From: Horticoccus luteus
GTDB taxonomy: Bacteria; Verrucomicrobiota; Verrucomicrobiia; Opitutales; Opitutaceae
NCBI RefSeq assembly: GCF_019464535.1
Contig: NZ_CP080507.1
Coordinates: forward strand, 330,001 to 362,000
DNA: 32,000 nt
Direction of reading: 5' to 3'
The notes under the pieces are model-generated. The model ran no database searches and was not told the DNA's origin. It worked only from the letters and a program-made list of their open reading frames with translations. Position 1 is the stretch's first letter. Each line of letters starts with the position of its first letter. Positions 6,217 through 14,392 of this stretch are shown here, in pieces. The position numbers and the translations under genes are program-made.

Positions 6217-7692
6217 TTGTGTCGTCGTGGTTTGGTTTCATGCGACGGCGGTCGGTCGGCGGCGAAACCTTGGGAATCGGATTGCTCGGGGCCGCGCAAA
6301 AGCCACACTGGCAGTATGGCTTTAGCAGGCGAGCGCACAGAGCAAAATCTGGACGAAATCGTGTCATTTCCGGAGTGGCGCGAAGTGTTGAACGGGGCGA
6401 GCGCATGGTCGGCGGAAGTGAAGCAGGCGCATGTCAGGGCAATTTTAGGGTTGTTGCGAGCTTGCAAATCCACGGGCCGGCCGCTGTCGGCGGGTTTCAT
6501 CCGCTGGCATCTGGCGCGTGCTGGTTTGACGGAGAACGCGCGGCGGGCCGAGCGCGCGGCGTTCGCCTGGCTCTTCAAGGCGGCCAGAGCGGCGGGCAAG
6601 ACGCGCCCGGCGGCGCGCGGGTTTGGGGAGCCCGAGGTCGGGGCGCAACGGCCGGCGGATAACCCGCGGCGGTCGGGGCCGGGAGCGGGGGCGGGAGCGA
6701 GGCCGGCCGTGCCGCCGCTGGCGGCGGCGGATCAGGGCGGAGCGGAGTGGGAGCGCGCGTTGATCACGGCCATCCGGCGCAAGGGATTTTTGTGGCGCAC
6801 GGAGCAGACGTATCGGGCATGGGCGGCGCGGTTCGCGCGGTTCCTGGCGCCGCGCTCGCCCGAGGCGGCCTCCGGGGACGATGTGGCGGCGTTTCTCTCC
6901 GCGCTGGCCGTCGAGCAGCGCGCAGCGCCGTCCACGCAGAAGCAGGCGCTCAATGCGCTGGTGTTCTTCATGCAGGAAGCGTTGCGGATGGATCTGGGTG
7001 AAATGGATTTTCGGCGCGCGCGCGCTCGCGAGAGAATACCGACCGTGTTGAGCAAGGCGGAGGTGCGGCAGGTGCTGGAGCAACTGCCGGGCGGCTACCG
7101 ACTGATGGCGGAGGTGATGTATGGGAGCGGGCTGCGGTTGATGGAACTGCTGCGGCTGCGCGTGCACCACCTGGATCTGGCGCGCGGGCAATTGAACGTT
7201 TACGGCGGGAAAGGCGACAAGGACCGGCTGACGGTGCTGCCGGAATCGCTGCGGGAAAAACTGGAGGCTCATCTGGCCCGACTGCGGGAGATTTTCGCGC
7301 AGGACCGGGCGGCGGACGCGCCGGGAGTGTGGTTGCCGGAAGGGCTGGCCCGGAAATATCCCAAGGCGGGGGTGACGTGGGAGTGGCAGTGGTTGTGGCC
7401 GTCGCGCGAATTCATGCAGGACCCGGAGACGGGGCGGCGGCGGCGACATCATATCCTCGACGGGACGTTCCAGAATGCGGTGCGCAAGGCGGCGGGCGCG
7501 GCGGGGATGACGAAACGCGTGACGCCGCATGTGCTGCGGCACTCGTTTGCGACGCATCTGCTGGAGGCGGGCACCGATATCCGGACGGTGCAGGAACTAC
7601 TGGGCCACCAGAGCGTGGAGACGACGCAGATCTATACGCATGTGATGCAGAAGCCGGGGCTGGGCGTGCGGAGTCCGCTGGATGCGGGGTGA
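6217..7692 (+). CDS. intI: Integron-type integrase (IntI family) with long N-terminal extension; start uncertain (TTG 6217, ATG 6316 or GTG 6709)
   Basis: The C-terminal 320 aa align by eye to IntI1, including the IntI-specific insertion. Compare LPEGLARKYPKAGVTWEWQWLWPSREFMQDPETGRRRRHHILDGTFQNAVRKAAGAAGMTKRVTPHVLRHSFATHLL with IntI1 [70 protein letters not shown]. This is followed by DIRTVQELLGHQSVETTQIYTHV..GVRSPLD. Confidence 0.85.
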   Translation: MCRRGLVSCDGGRSAAKPWESDCSGPRKSHTGSMALAGERTEQNLDEIVSFPEWREVLNGASAWSAEVKQAHVRAILGLLRACKSTGRPLSAGFIRWHLARAGLTENARRAERAAFAWLFKAARAAGKTRPAARGFGEPEVGAQRPADNPRRSGPGAGAGARPAVPPLAAADQGGAEWERALITAIRRKGFLWRTEQTYRAWAARFARFLAPRSPEAASGDDVAAFLSALAVEQRAAPSTQKQALNALVFFMQEALRMDLGEMDFRRARARERIPTVLSKAEVRQVLEQLPGGYRLMAEVMYGSGLRLMELLRLRVHHLDLARGQLNVYGGKGDKDRLTVLPESLREKLEAHLARLREIFAQDRAADAPGVWLPEGLARKYPKAGVTWEWQWLWPSREFMQDPETGRRRRHHILDGTFQNAVRKAAGAAGMTKRVTPHVLRHSFATHLLEAGTDIRTVQELLGHQSVETTQIYTHVMQKPGLGVRSPLDAG

Positions 7693-7708
7693 AGGGGTGC
7701 GGGCGGGC

Positions 7709-7796
7709 GGACGGCGGCGGAGGACGGACGGCGGACGGCGGAGGACGGACGGCGGAGGACGGACGGCGGACGGCGGAGGACGGAGGACGGAGGAGG
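7709..7796. repeat. Degenerate heptanucleotide tandem repeat (GRCGGAS, about 12-13 units), G-rich on + strand
   Basis: Direct inspection of GGACGGC GGCGGAG GACGGAC GGCGGAC GGCGGAG ... It begins 17 bp after the intI stop. Confidence 0.8.
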
Positions 7797-7827
7797 GAAA
7801 CCTGAAGGAGCAGAGGGGGGCGCGAAA

Positions 7828-7859
7828 GGATGCCGGGTGAGGGCACCCGGCCCACAGGG
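7828..7859. repeat. REP-like unit GGATG(C/T)CGGGTGAGGGCACCCGGCCCACAGGG containing a CCGGGTG-AGGG-CACCCGG hairpin
   Basis: A 32-bp direct repeat with 7984-8015, one mismatch. Related units occur at 10901-10917 and 10947-10963. Confidence 0.8.
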
Positions 7860-7983
7860 ATGAGGTGAAGCGCGGAGGCGTTCCGCAACGGGACGAGCGG
7901 GCGGATTAGGCGATCGTTCTCGTTATCTTAATCTTTCTCGGGTTGGCGAGCGGAAGGGCGAGAGGGCGGAGAACACTGCGGTC

Positions 7984-8015
7984 GGATGTCGGGTGAGGGC
8001 ACCCGGCCCACAGGG
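7984..8015. repeat. REP-like unit, second direct copy
   Basis: See 7828-7859. Confidence 0.8.
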
Positions 8016-8037
8016 CGGGACGGACGGGCGCGAGAAC

Positions 8038-8061
8038 GATTACGATTATGATTACGATTAC
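8038..8061. repeat. Hexanucleotide tandem repeat GATTAC x4 (one unit GATTAT)
   Basis: Direct inspection. It is part of the low-GC CGAGAACGATTACG... repeat family. Confidence 0.8.
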
Positions 8062-8091
8062 GAAAATGGGGGAAATTTTGGTGGAGTCCTC

Positions 8092-9570
8092 TTACGCGGA
8101 GAGGTGGTGGCTGAGTTCTGATACGGGCATCGGTTCGAGTTGATGGGGGGCGTTGAATAGAGTGGCGAGGAGCGTGGCCTTCTCCGAGCTGTAGTGAGCA
8201 GTGAAGGCGGCGGCGGCTTTTTGCTGAAGGAGCGGGATGCCGTCTTTCCTCCGGCGGCGGTGGCCGATCGGGAAGTGCACTTCGATGCGGTCGGTGGCGG
8301 TGCCGTCGGTGAAGAAGATTTGGACGGCGTTGGCGATGGAGCGTTGCCCGGCGTCGAGGTAGTCGCGGCTGTAGGTTTTCTCTTCGCGCACAACCATCTT
8401 CGCGCGGAGGGCATCGATGCGGGGATCGGCGGCGATTTTGTCTTCGTAATGTTCGGCGGTGAGGTCGCCGAACAGGAGGCCGATGGCGGTCATATATTGC
8501 AGGCAGTGATCGCGGTCGGCGGGATTGTGGAGCGGGCCGGTTTTATCGATGATGCGGATGGCGGACTCGTGGGTGGTGAGTTCGATGCGGGCGATGTCGG
8601 CAAGGCGGTCGCGGACGAGCGGGTGGAGTTGCACGGCGCATTCGACGGCGGTCTGGGCGTGGAATTCGGCGGGGAAGGAGATTTTGAAGAGGACATTTTC
8701 CATCACATAGCTGCCGAGCGGGCGGGCGAGTTTGACGGGTTGGCCGCGGAAGGAGACATCTTGGAAGCCCCAGGTTTTGGCGGTGAGGACGGAGGGGTAG
8801 CCCATCTCGCCAGTGAGGGCGATGAGGGCGAGGCGGACGGCGCGGCTGGTGGCATCGCCGGCGGCCCAGGATTTACGGGAGCCGGTGTTGGGCGCGTGGC
8901 GGTAGGTGCGGAGGGCGGAGCCATCGAGCCACGCGTGGGAGAGGGCGTTGACGATTTGGTCGCGGGTGCCGCCGAGCATGGCGGTGGTGACGGCGGTGGA
9001 GGCGATGCGGACGAGGAGGACGTGATCGAGGCCGACGCGGTTGAAGGAGTTTTCGAGGGCGAGGATGCCTTGGATTTCGTGGGCCTTGATCATCGCGACG
9101 AGGAGGTCGCGGACGGTGAGGGAGGAAGGACGAATGGCGGATGACGAATTGAAGGCGCGGACGGGCGTGCCGGCGGCGGCGTTGCGCGAGAGCCAGTCGG
9201 CGGTGGCGAGAAGGGCGCCGAGGTTGTCGGAGGGATGACCCCATTCGGCGGCGAGCCAGGTGTCGTTGAAATCGAGCCAGCGGACGAGGGTGCCGATGTT
9301 GAAGGCGGCTTGCACAGGATCGAGCTCGTAGGGCGTGCCGGGGACGCGGGCGCCGTTGGCGATGGTGGTGCCGGGGACGACGGGGCCGAGGAGTTTCGTG
9401 CAGGCGGGATATTTCAGCGCCATGATGCCGCAGGCGAGGGTGTCGAGGAGGCACCAGCGGGCGGTGTCGAGCGCCTCGGCGGAGGGCGCGTTGTAGTGAA
9501 GCGCGTAGTCGGCGAGGGTGACCAGGAGGTCGTCGGGCGGCGGGCGGAGGTTGGAAATGGGAGAGGACAT
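8092..9570 (-). CDS. prpD: 2-methylcitrate dehydratase (MmgE/PrpD family)
   Basis: About 492 aa from the internal ATG at 9570 (MSSPISNL..). Length and sequence are typical of PrpD. The longer track ORF (to 9651, TTG) would start inside an intergenic palindrome. Confidence 0.85.
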   Translation of the reverse strand: MSSPISNLRPPPDDLLVTLADYALHYNAPSAEALDTARWCLLDTLACGIMALKYPACTKLLGPVVPGTTIANGARVPGTPYELDPVQAAFNIGTLVRWLDFNDTWLAAEWGHPSDNLGALLATADWLSRNAAAGTPVRAFNSSSAIRPSSLTVRDLLVAMIKAHEIQGILALENSFNRVGLDHVLLVRIASTAVTTAMLGGTRDQIVNALSHAWLDGSALRTYRHAPNTGSRKSWAAGDATSRAVRLALIALTGEMGYPSVLTAKTWGFQDVSFRGQPVKLARPLGSYVMENVLFKISFPAEFHAQTAVECAVQLHPLVRDRLADIARIELTTHESAIRIIDKTGPLHNPADRDHCLQYMTAIGLLFGDLTAEHYEDKIAADPRIDALRAKMVVREEKTYSRDYLDAGQRSIANAVQIFFTDGTATDRIEVHFPIGHRRRRKDGIPLLQQKAAAAFTAHYSSEKATLLATLFNAPHQLEPMPVSELSHHLSA

Positions 9571-9615
9571 GGAGGCAGTAGTGAGTAGCGGGTAGCGGGC
9601 CAGAGGTGCGCGAGG

Positions 9616-9698
9616 AATCGTTCTCGTTCTCTTACTCGTAATTTTTCTCAAGATTGGGAAATGGGAGAACGAGAAAGATTACGTGAACGAGAACGATT
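9616..9698. repeat. 83-bp imperfect palindrome, low GC (arms AATCGTTCTCGTTC / GAACGAGAACGATT plus inner CGTAAT..TTTCTC pairing)
   Basis: The outer arms at 9616-9629 and 9685-9698 form a perfect 14-bp inverted repeat. It fills the prpC-prpD gap and overlaps the prpC stop codon (9697-9699). Confidence 0.8.
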
Positions 9699-10872
9699 AT
9701 AGGCGTTGGTCGAGCGGGACGAAGGGGCGCGGGGCGGGGCCGGTGTAGTGCGCGCTGGGGCGGATGATTTTGCCGTCCTGGCGTTGCTCGATCACGTGGG
9801 CGCCCCAGCCAGCGGTGCGGGCGACGACGAAGAGCGGCGTGAACATGGGCGTGGGTATGCCCATGAGGTCGTAGGCGACCGCGCTATACCAATCGAGGTT
9901 GGGAAACATTTTCTTGAGTTCCCACATGACGTGTTCGATGCGCTCGGCGATGGCGAAGCGTTCGGGGCGGCCGCCGGCGGTGCAGAGTTCGCGCGCGATG
10001 TCTTTGATGATGGCGTTGCGCGGATCGCTGATCGTGTAAACGGGATGGCCGAAGCCGATGACGATTTCCTTGCGGGCGACGCGAGCGCGAAGGTCGGCCT
10101 CGGCTTCGTCGGCGGTGCGGTAGCGGAGTTGGATTTCGTGGGCGACTTCGTTGGCGCCGCCGTGTTTGGGGCCGCGGAGGGCGCCGATGGCGCCGGTGAG
10201 GCACGCATACATGCCGGAGCCGGTGCCGGCGATCACGCGCGCGGTGAACGTGGAGGCGTTGAACTCGTGTTCGGCGTAAAGAATGAGGGAGCGATCGAGG
10301 GCGCGCACATGCGCGGGATCGGGGGTGCGTTGATGGAGCAGGCGGAGGAAGTGCGCGGCGACGGAGGGTTCGGCGGTTTCGACGGCGATGCGTTGGCCGG
10401 TGGTCGAAAAATGATGCCAGTAGAGCAGCAGACCGGGCAGGCAGGCGATGAGGCGGTCGATGATGGCGCGGGCGGCGGGTGCATCGGTCGGGCCGGCGCT
10501 GCCGGGGGCGGAGGGCTCGGGGTTGAGTGCGCCGAGGGCGGATACGCCGGTGCGCAGGACGTCCATCGGATGGGTGGCGGCGGGGAGTTGTTCGAGGATG
10601 GCGAGGACGGGCGCGGGGAGGCTGCGGAGCGAGGCGAGGCGCGCGTGGTAGGCGGCAAGTTCGGCGCGATCGGGCAGGTGTTCGTGGATGAGGAGGTGCG
10701 CGACTTCCTCGTAGGTGGTCTCGCGCGCGAGGTCGGCGATGTCGTAGCCGCGGTAATGCAGGTCGTTGCCGGAATGACCGACGGTGCAGAGAGCGGTGTT
10801 GCCGGCGACGATGCCGGAGAGGGCGACGGACTTCTTGGGTTTGAAAGCGGGAGGTATATCGGAGGTGCTCAT
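9697..10872 (-). CDS. prpC: 2-methylcitrate synthase / citrate synthase family
   Basis: 391 aa from the ATG at 10872 ([20 protein letters not shown]..). Citrate-synthase motifs GFGHPVYT and ..HEFNAST.. are present. It lies between prpB and prpD. Confidence 0.85.
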   Translation of the reverse strand: MSTSDIPPAFKPKKSVALSGIVAGNTALCTVGHSGNDLHYRGYDIADLARETTYEEVAHLLIHEHLPDRAELAAYHARLASLRSLPAPVLAILEQLPAATHPMDVLRTGVSALGALNPEPSAPGSAGPTDAPAARAIIDRLIACLPGLLLYWHHFSTTGQRIAVETAEPSVAAHFLRLLHQRTPDPAHVRALDRSLILYAEHEFNASTFTARVIAGTGSGMYACLTGAIGALRGPKHGGANEVAHEIQLRYRTADEAEADLRARVARKEIVIGFGHPVYTISDPRNAIIKDIARELCTAGGRPERFAIAERIEHVMWELKKMFPNLDWYSAVAYDLMGIPTPMFTPLFVVARTAGWGAHVIEQRQDGKIIRPSAHYTGPAPRPFVPLDQRL

Positions 10873-10900
10873 GGCAAGGGGGGCGGAACTGGAGAACGCT

Positions 10901-10963
10901 GTGGGTGAAGTGCCCTCTCGCCGAACCTTGTGCACTCTGGCGGAGTGAGGGCACCCCGCCCAC
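10901..10963. repeat. Inverted pair of REP-like units (GTGGGTGAAGTGCCCTC ... GAGGGCACCCCGCCCAC)
   Basis: Arms 10901-10917 and 10947-10963 are reverse complements except for the central 4 nt. They lie in the prpB-prpC intercistronic gap. Confidence 0.7.
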
Positions 10964-11012
10964 AACTTCACGTTGGGTGGTTCTAACGGAGCGGCGCGGT
11001 GGGGGAGAGTGT

Positions 11013-11906
11013 TCAGGGTTTCGCGGGCGGGGTGTAGCCGAGAACGGAATAGAGTTCGGCGCGGGGTTGCATGCGGTCGAGGGTGGCGCGTTGGGTGCCG
11101 TCGCGTTGGAGAGCGGCGTAAACATCGCGCGAGGCGGCGGCGGCGGCGCGGGCGGCGCTGAGAGGATAAAGCGCGAGCGCGATGCCGGCGGAGCGAAGCT
11201 CGTCGAGGGTGAAGAGGGGCGTCTGGCCGAACTCGGTGAGGTTGGCGAGGACGGGGGCGCGGACGGCGGCGGTGAACGCGCGGTAGTCGTCGAGGGTGCG
11301 CAATGCTTCGGCGAAAATCATGTCGGCGCCGGCGGCGAGGTAGCTTTGCGCGCGGGCGATGGCGGCGGGGAGGCCTTCGACCGCGGCGGCATCGGTGCGC
11401 GCCATGACGACGAAGGTGGGATCAGGCTTGCCGGTGAGGGCGGCGCGGACGCGGGCGCACATTTCGTCGGACGACACGAGGTGTTTGCCGGGCAGGTGGC
11501 CGCAGAGTTTGGCGGGGACTTGATCTTCGAGATGAACGGCGGCGACTCCGGCGGCGGCGAGGGCGCGGACGGTGGCCGCGGGGTCGTCCCAACCGGTGTC
11601 GATATCAACGAGGAGCGGGAGGTCGACGCGGCGCGTGATGCGGCGGGCATCGGTGAGGACGTCGTCGAGGGTGGTGGTGCCGGTGTCGGGGAGGCCGCAG
11701 GAGTAATTGGCGACGCCGGCGCCGGAGAGGTAGAGGGCGCGGAAGCCGGCGCGTTGGGCGAGGAGCGCGGCGTAGGCGTTGAGGGTGCCGACGACTTGCA
11801 GCGGTGACGCGGCGGCGAGGGCGGAGCGGAATTTGGCGCCGGGAGTCGGGGAGGAGCTCACGGGCGCGAAGGTGTCACGGGAGCGGGGTGGTTGTCGAGG
11901 GGGCAC
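11013..11906 (-). CDS. prpB: Methylisocitrate lyase (PEP mutase/isocitrate lyase superfamily)
   Basis: Motifs include ..LYLSGAGVA.., [29 protein letters not shown]. Start is uncertain (GTG 11906 or GTG 11861). Confidence 0.85.
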   Translation of the reverse strand: MPPRQPPRSRDTFAPVSSSPTPGAKFRSALAAASPLQVVGTLNAYAALLAQRAGFRALYLSGAGVANYSCGLPDTGTTTLDDVLTDARRITRRVDLPLLVDIDTGWDDPAATVRALAAAGVAAVHLEDQVPAKLCGHLPGKHLVSSDEMCARVRAALTGKPDPTFVVMARTDAAAVEGLPAAIARAQSYLAAGADMIFAEALRTLDDYRAFTAAVRAPVLANLTEFGQTPLFTLDELRSAGIALALYPLSAARAAAAASRDVYAALQRDGTQRATLDRMQPRAELYSVLGYTPPAKP

Positions 11907-12022
11907 AGAGGACGCAGAGCTCTGACACAGAGGAAGCCGGAGGCCGTGAGCGGGAGGGGTGGCGTGGGAGGCGGATAGGTGCCGATGGGGGATGGGCGAG
12001 GCGGCGGGGCGAAACGCTGACG

Positions 12023-12044
12023 CGTTCCGCTACGAGGCGGAACG
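12023..12044 (-). terminator. Hairpin CGTTCCGC-tacgag-GCGGAACG downstream of the aldo/keto reductase gene
   Basis: Perfect 8-bp stem about 35 bp after the stop at 12081. There is no clear U-tract. Confidence 0.3.
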
Positions 12045-12080
12045 GTGGCTTGGTGCGGTGCAGGGAGCGGGTTGCGGTGA

Positions 12081-13067
12081 TTACCAGGCGTAGGCTTCGG
12101 GGGCGGGGCCGCCGGGGCCGGGGAAGATTTCGTCGAGTTGGCGGAGCGTGTCGGGCGAGAGCGTGACGTCGAGGGCGCGGAGAGCGTCGGTGAGTTGCGC
12201 CATCGTGCGGGGGCCGATGATGGGGGCGGTGACGGCGGGTTGCGCGAGGAGCCAGGCGAGGGCGACGTCGGCCGGCGGGAGGTCGAGCGTGCGGCAGAGA
12301 GTTTCGTAGCGTTCCAGTTGGGGGCGCCTGGCCTCGATTTGTTTTTGGAAATCGGGGGCGGCGCGGCGGCCGGAGGCGGCTTTGGCGAGCGCGCCGCCGA
12401 GGAGACCGCCACCGAGGGGACTCCATGGGATGAGGCCGACGCCGAAGTGCGTGCAGGCGGGAATCACTTCGAGTTCGAGGGTGCGGGCGGTGAGGTTGTA
12501 GAGGCTTTGTTCGCTGACGAGGCGCGGTTGCTGGCGCAGGTCGGCGGTGGTGCAGGCGGTCGCGAGATCCCAGCCGGCGAAATTGCTGGAGCCGACGTAG
12601 TAGATTTTGCCTTGGCGCTGGAGCGTTTGCATGGCGCCGAGCCATTCGTCGATCGGGCAGGCGCGGTCGACGTGGTGCATTTGATAGAGATCGAGGTGAT
12701 CGGTCTGGAGGCGGCGGAGGCTGGCTTCGCATTCGCGCATGATTTTGCGCGCGCTGAGGCCGCGATCGAGATTCGGGTCGGGGCGTGCGGGGCGGTCCAT
12801 CATGCCGAAGACTTTGGTGGCGAGGACGACGAAGTCGCGGCGGCCGCCGCCTTGGGCGAGCCAGCGGCCGATGATGTTTTCGGTGACGCCTTCGCCGCGC
12901 TGGCGGCCGTAAACATCGGCGGTGTCGAAGAAATTAACGCCCTGCTCGACGGCGCGGTCCATGATGGCAAACGCGTCGGCTTCGCTCGTGAAGGGGCCGA
13001 AGTTCATGGTGCCGAGGCAGAGACGGGAGACGCGGAGGCCGGAGCGGCCGAGGTGGGTGTAGTGCAT
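12081..13067 (-). CDS. Aldo/keto reductase family oxidoreductase (328 aa)
   Basis: The N-terminus MHYTHLGRSGLRVSRLCLGTMNFG and overall AKR pattern (..FFDTADVYG..) are present. Confidence 0.85.
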   Translation of the reverse strand: MHYTHLGRSGLRVSRLCLGTMNFGPFTSEADAFAIMDRAVEQGVNFFDTADVYGRQRGEGVTENIIGRWLAQGGGRRDFVVLATKVFGMMDRPARPDPNLDRGLSARKIMRECEASLRRLQTDHLDLYQMHHVDRACPIDEWLGAMQTLQRQGKIYYVGSSNFAGWDLATACTTADLRQQPRLVSEQSLYNLTARTLELEVIPACTHFGVGLIPWSPLGGGLLGGALAKAASGRRAAPDFQKQIEARRPQLERYETLCRTLDLPPADVALAWLLAQPAVTAPIIGPRTMAQLTDALRALDVTLSPDTLRQLDEIFPGPGGPAPEAYAW

Positions 13068-13288
13068 AAAACGGGGGGGGCGAAAGGGTGGGTGATGCGG
13101 GTGAAGCGCGAACGGCGGCAGGGCGGGGCGGATGGCGCGGGCGCCGGGACGGAATAACCTGTGGTCAAGCGCGAGGGTTTTGCGAACGCGAGGGCGAGAT
13201 CAGCGGCGCGTCGGCCGGGGTTACGACCGGAGGGAAGCGTCGCTGAGAAATGCCGCGCGGGACACGCCGCCGAAATCGGACCGTGGGA

Positions 13289-13350
13289 GATCGTGCGCTT
13301 TTTCTTCGTCGAGTTCGTTCGCGAAAACGAGCGGGAGAAGGAGGACGATC
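13289..13350. repeat. Imperfect palindrome of the GATCGT..CGTTCGCGAAAACG..ACGATC family
   Basis: Ends GATCGT (13289-13294) and ACGATC (13345-13350), with central TTCGCGAA. It lies immediately downstream of the cfa-like stop and resembles 9616-9698. Confidence 0.5.
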
Positions 13351-13359
13351 GTGTGGGGA

Positions 13360-14373
13360 TCAGGCGGGTTTGGTGAAGAGGTAGTGGCTGACGAGCCACT
13401 CTTCGCCGTCGCGGTAGCGCCAGAGTTCGGAGCAGGCCAAATAGAACACGCGCCAGTAGGCCCACCATTTCACGGCGTGTTCGCGGCCGTAGATGTCGAC
13501 GAAGAGCGGGAGAATTTCGTCGCGATGAGCGTCCATGTTTTTCAACCAGTGCTCGGCGGTGCGGTGATAGTGGGTGCCATTGACGCGCCAGTCGGAGAGG
13601 AGGGTGAGATCGCGTTGAAACTGCGGCAGGAGGTCGTGAGCGGGCATTTGTCCGCCCGTGAAAAAGTAGCGACTCATCCAGTCGGAGGCGTCGCGGGCGA
13701 CGAAGTGATACGAGAGGCGGGTGTGGGTGAAGATATGAACGAAGAGGAGGCCGCCGGATTTGAGCCAGCGGGCGATGTGGGCGAGGAGTCGCTCGTAGTT
13801 TTTCAGGTGTTCGAACATCTCGATGGAGACGACGCGGTCGAATTGCGCGGGGGCGATGTCGAAGGCGTTGATATCGCAGGTGAGGATGCGGAGATTGATG
13901 AGGCCGCGTTTGCGCGCTTCGGTGTCGATAAACTCTTTTTGGGGGCGGGAGTTGGAGACGCCGGTGATCTGGGCGCGCGGGAAACGTTGCGCGAGATAGA
14001 GCGAGAGGGAGCCCCAGCCGCAGCCGAGTTCGAGGATGTGCTGGCCGTCGGCGAGGCGGGCGCGTGCGACGTAGAGCGCGAGCATGGCGTCTTCCGCGGC
14101 GGCGAGGGTGGCGTCGGGGCGTTCGTAGAGGCAGCAGGAGTATTTGAGGCGCGGGCCGAGGCAGAAGCGGAAGAACGGCGGCGGGACCTCGTAGTGTTGC
14201 TCGTTGGCGGCGCGGGTGTCTTCGGCGATCGGGCGGGTGCGGAGATCGGCGACGTAAGCGGCGCGGTCGTAATCGGCGGAAGCGGCGCGCAGGCGCTGGC
14301 GGAGCAGGCGGCGGATGCCGAGGCGAAGGAGCCAGTCGGGCAGGAGGTTTTTTTCGAGCAGGCGGTCGATCAT
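13360..14373 (-). CDS. Cyclopropane-fatty-acyl-phospholipid synthase-like SAM-dependent methyltransferase (337 aa)
   Basis: Starts at the internal ATG 14373 (MIDRLLEKNLLPDW..). The SAM motif ILELGCGWGSL is present. The Ser/Pro-rich 132-aa extension of the track ORF overlaps the upstream gene and is rejected. Confidence 0.85.
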   Translation of the reverse strand: MIDRLLEKNLLPDWLLRLGIRRLLRQRLRAASADYDRAAYVADLRTRPIAEDTRAANEQHYEVPPPFFRFCLGPRLKYSCCLYERPDATLAAAEDAMLALYVARARLADGQHILELGCGWGSLSLYLAQRFPRAQITGVSNSRPQKEFIDTEARKRGLINLRILTCDINAFDIAPAQFDRVVSIEMFEHLKNYERLLAHIARWLKSGGLLFVHIFTHTRLSYHFVARDASDWMSRYFFTGGQMPAHDLLPQFQRDLTLLSDWRVNGTHYHRTAEHWLKNMDAHRDEILPLFVDIYGREHAVKWWAYWRVFYLACSELWRYRDGEEWLVSHYLFTKPA

Positions 14374-14392
14374 GCGAAGGAGTGGAAGAGCG

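Noticed and set aside
6445-7557. 370-aa minus-strand ORF inside intI
   Set aside because: It is an Arg/Pro-rich antisense artefact. The + frame carries the complete IntI signature.
7412-7888. 158-aa minus ORF spanning the intI 3' end, the heptamer repeat and a REP unit
   Set aside because: Its repetitive PSSAVRPPP translation simply mirrors the tandem DNA repeat. It has no start context or homology features.
7709-8067. Possible CRISPR array, given the repeated units in the intI/prpD gap
   Set aside because: The units are either 7-nt microsatellite-like repeats or only two 32-bp copies with a 124-bp interval. There is no regular repeat-spacer periodicity and no cas genes.
8194-10908. Long + strand ORFs (8194-9144, 9706-10908) and other-frame minus ORFs across prpD/prpC
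   Set aside because: These are Gly/Ala/Asp/Glu- or Pro/Arg-rich shadow ORFs opposite well-supported prp genes.
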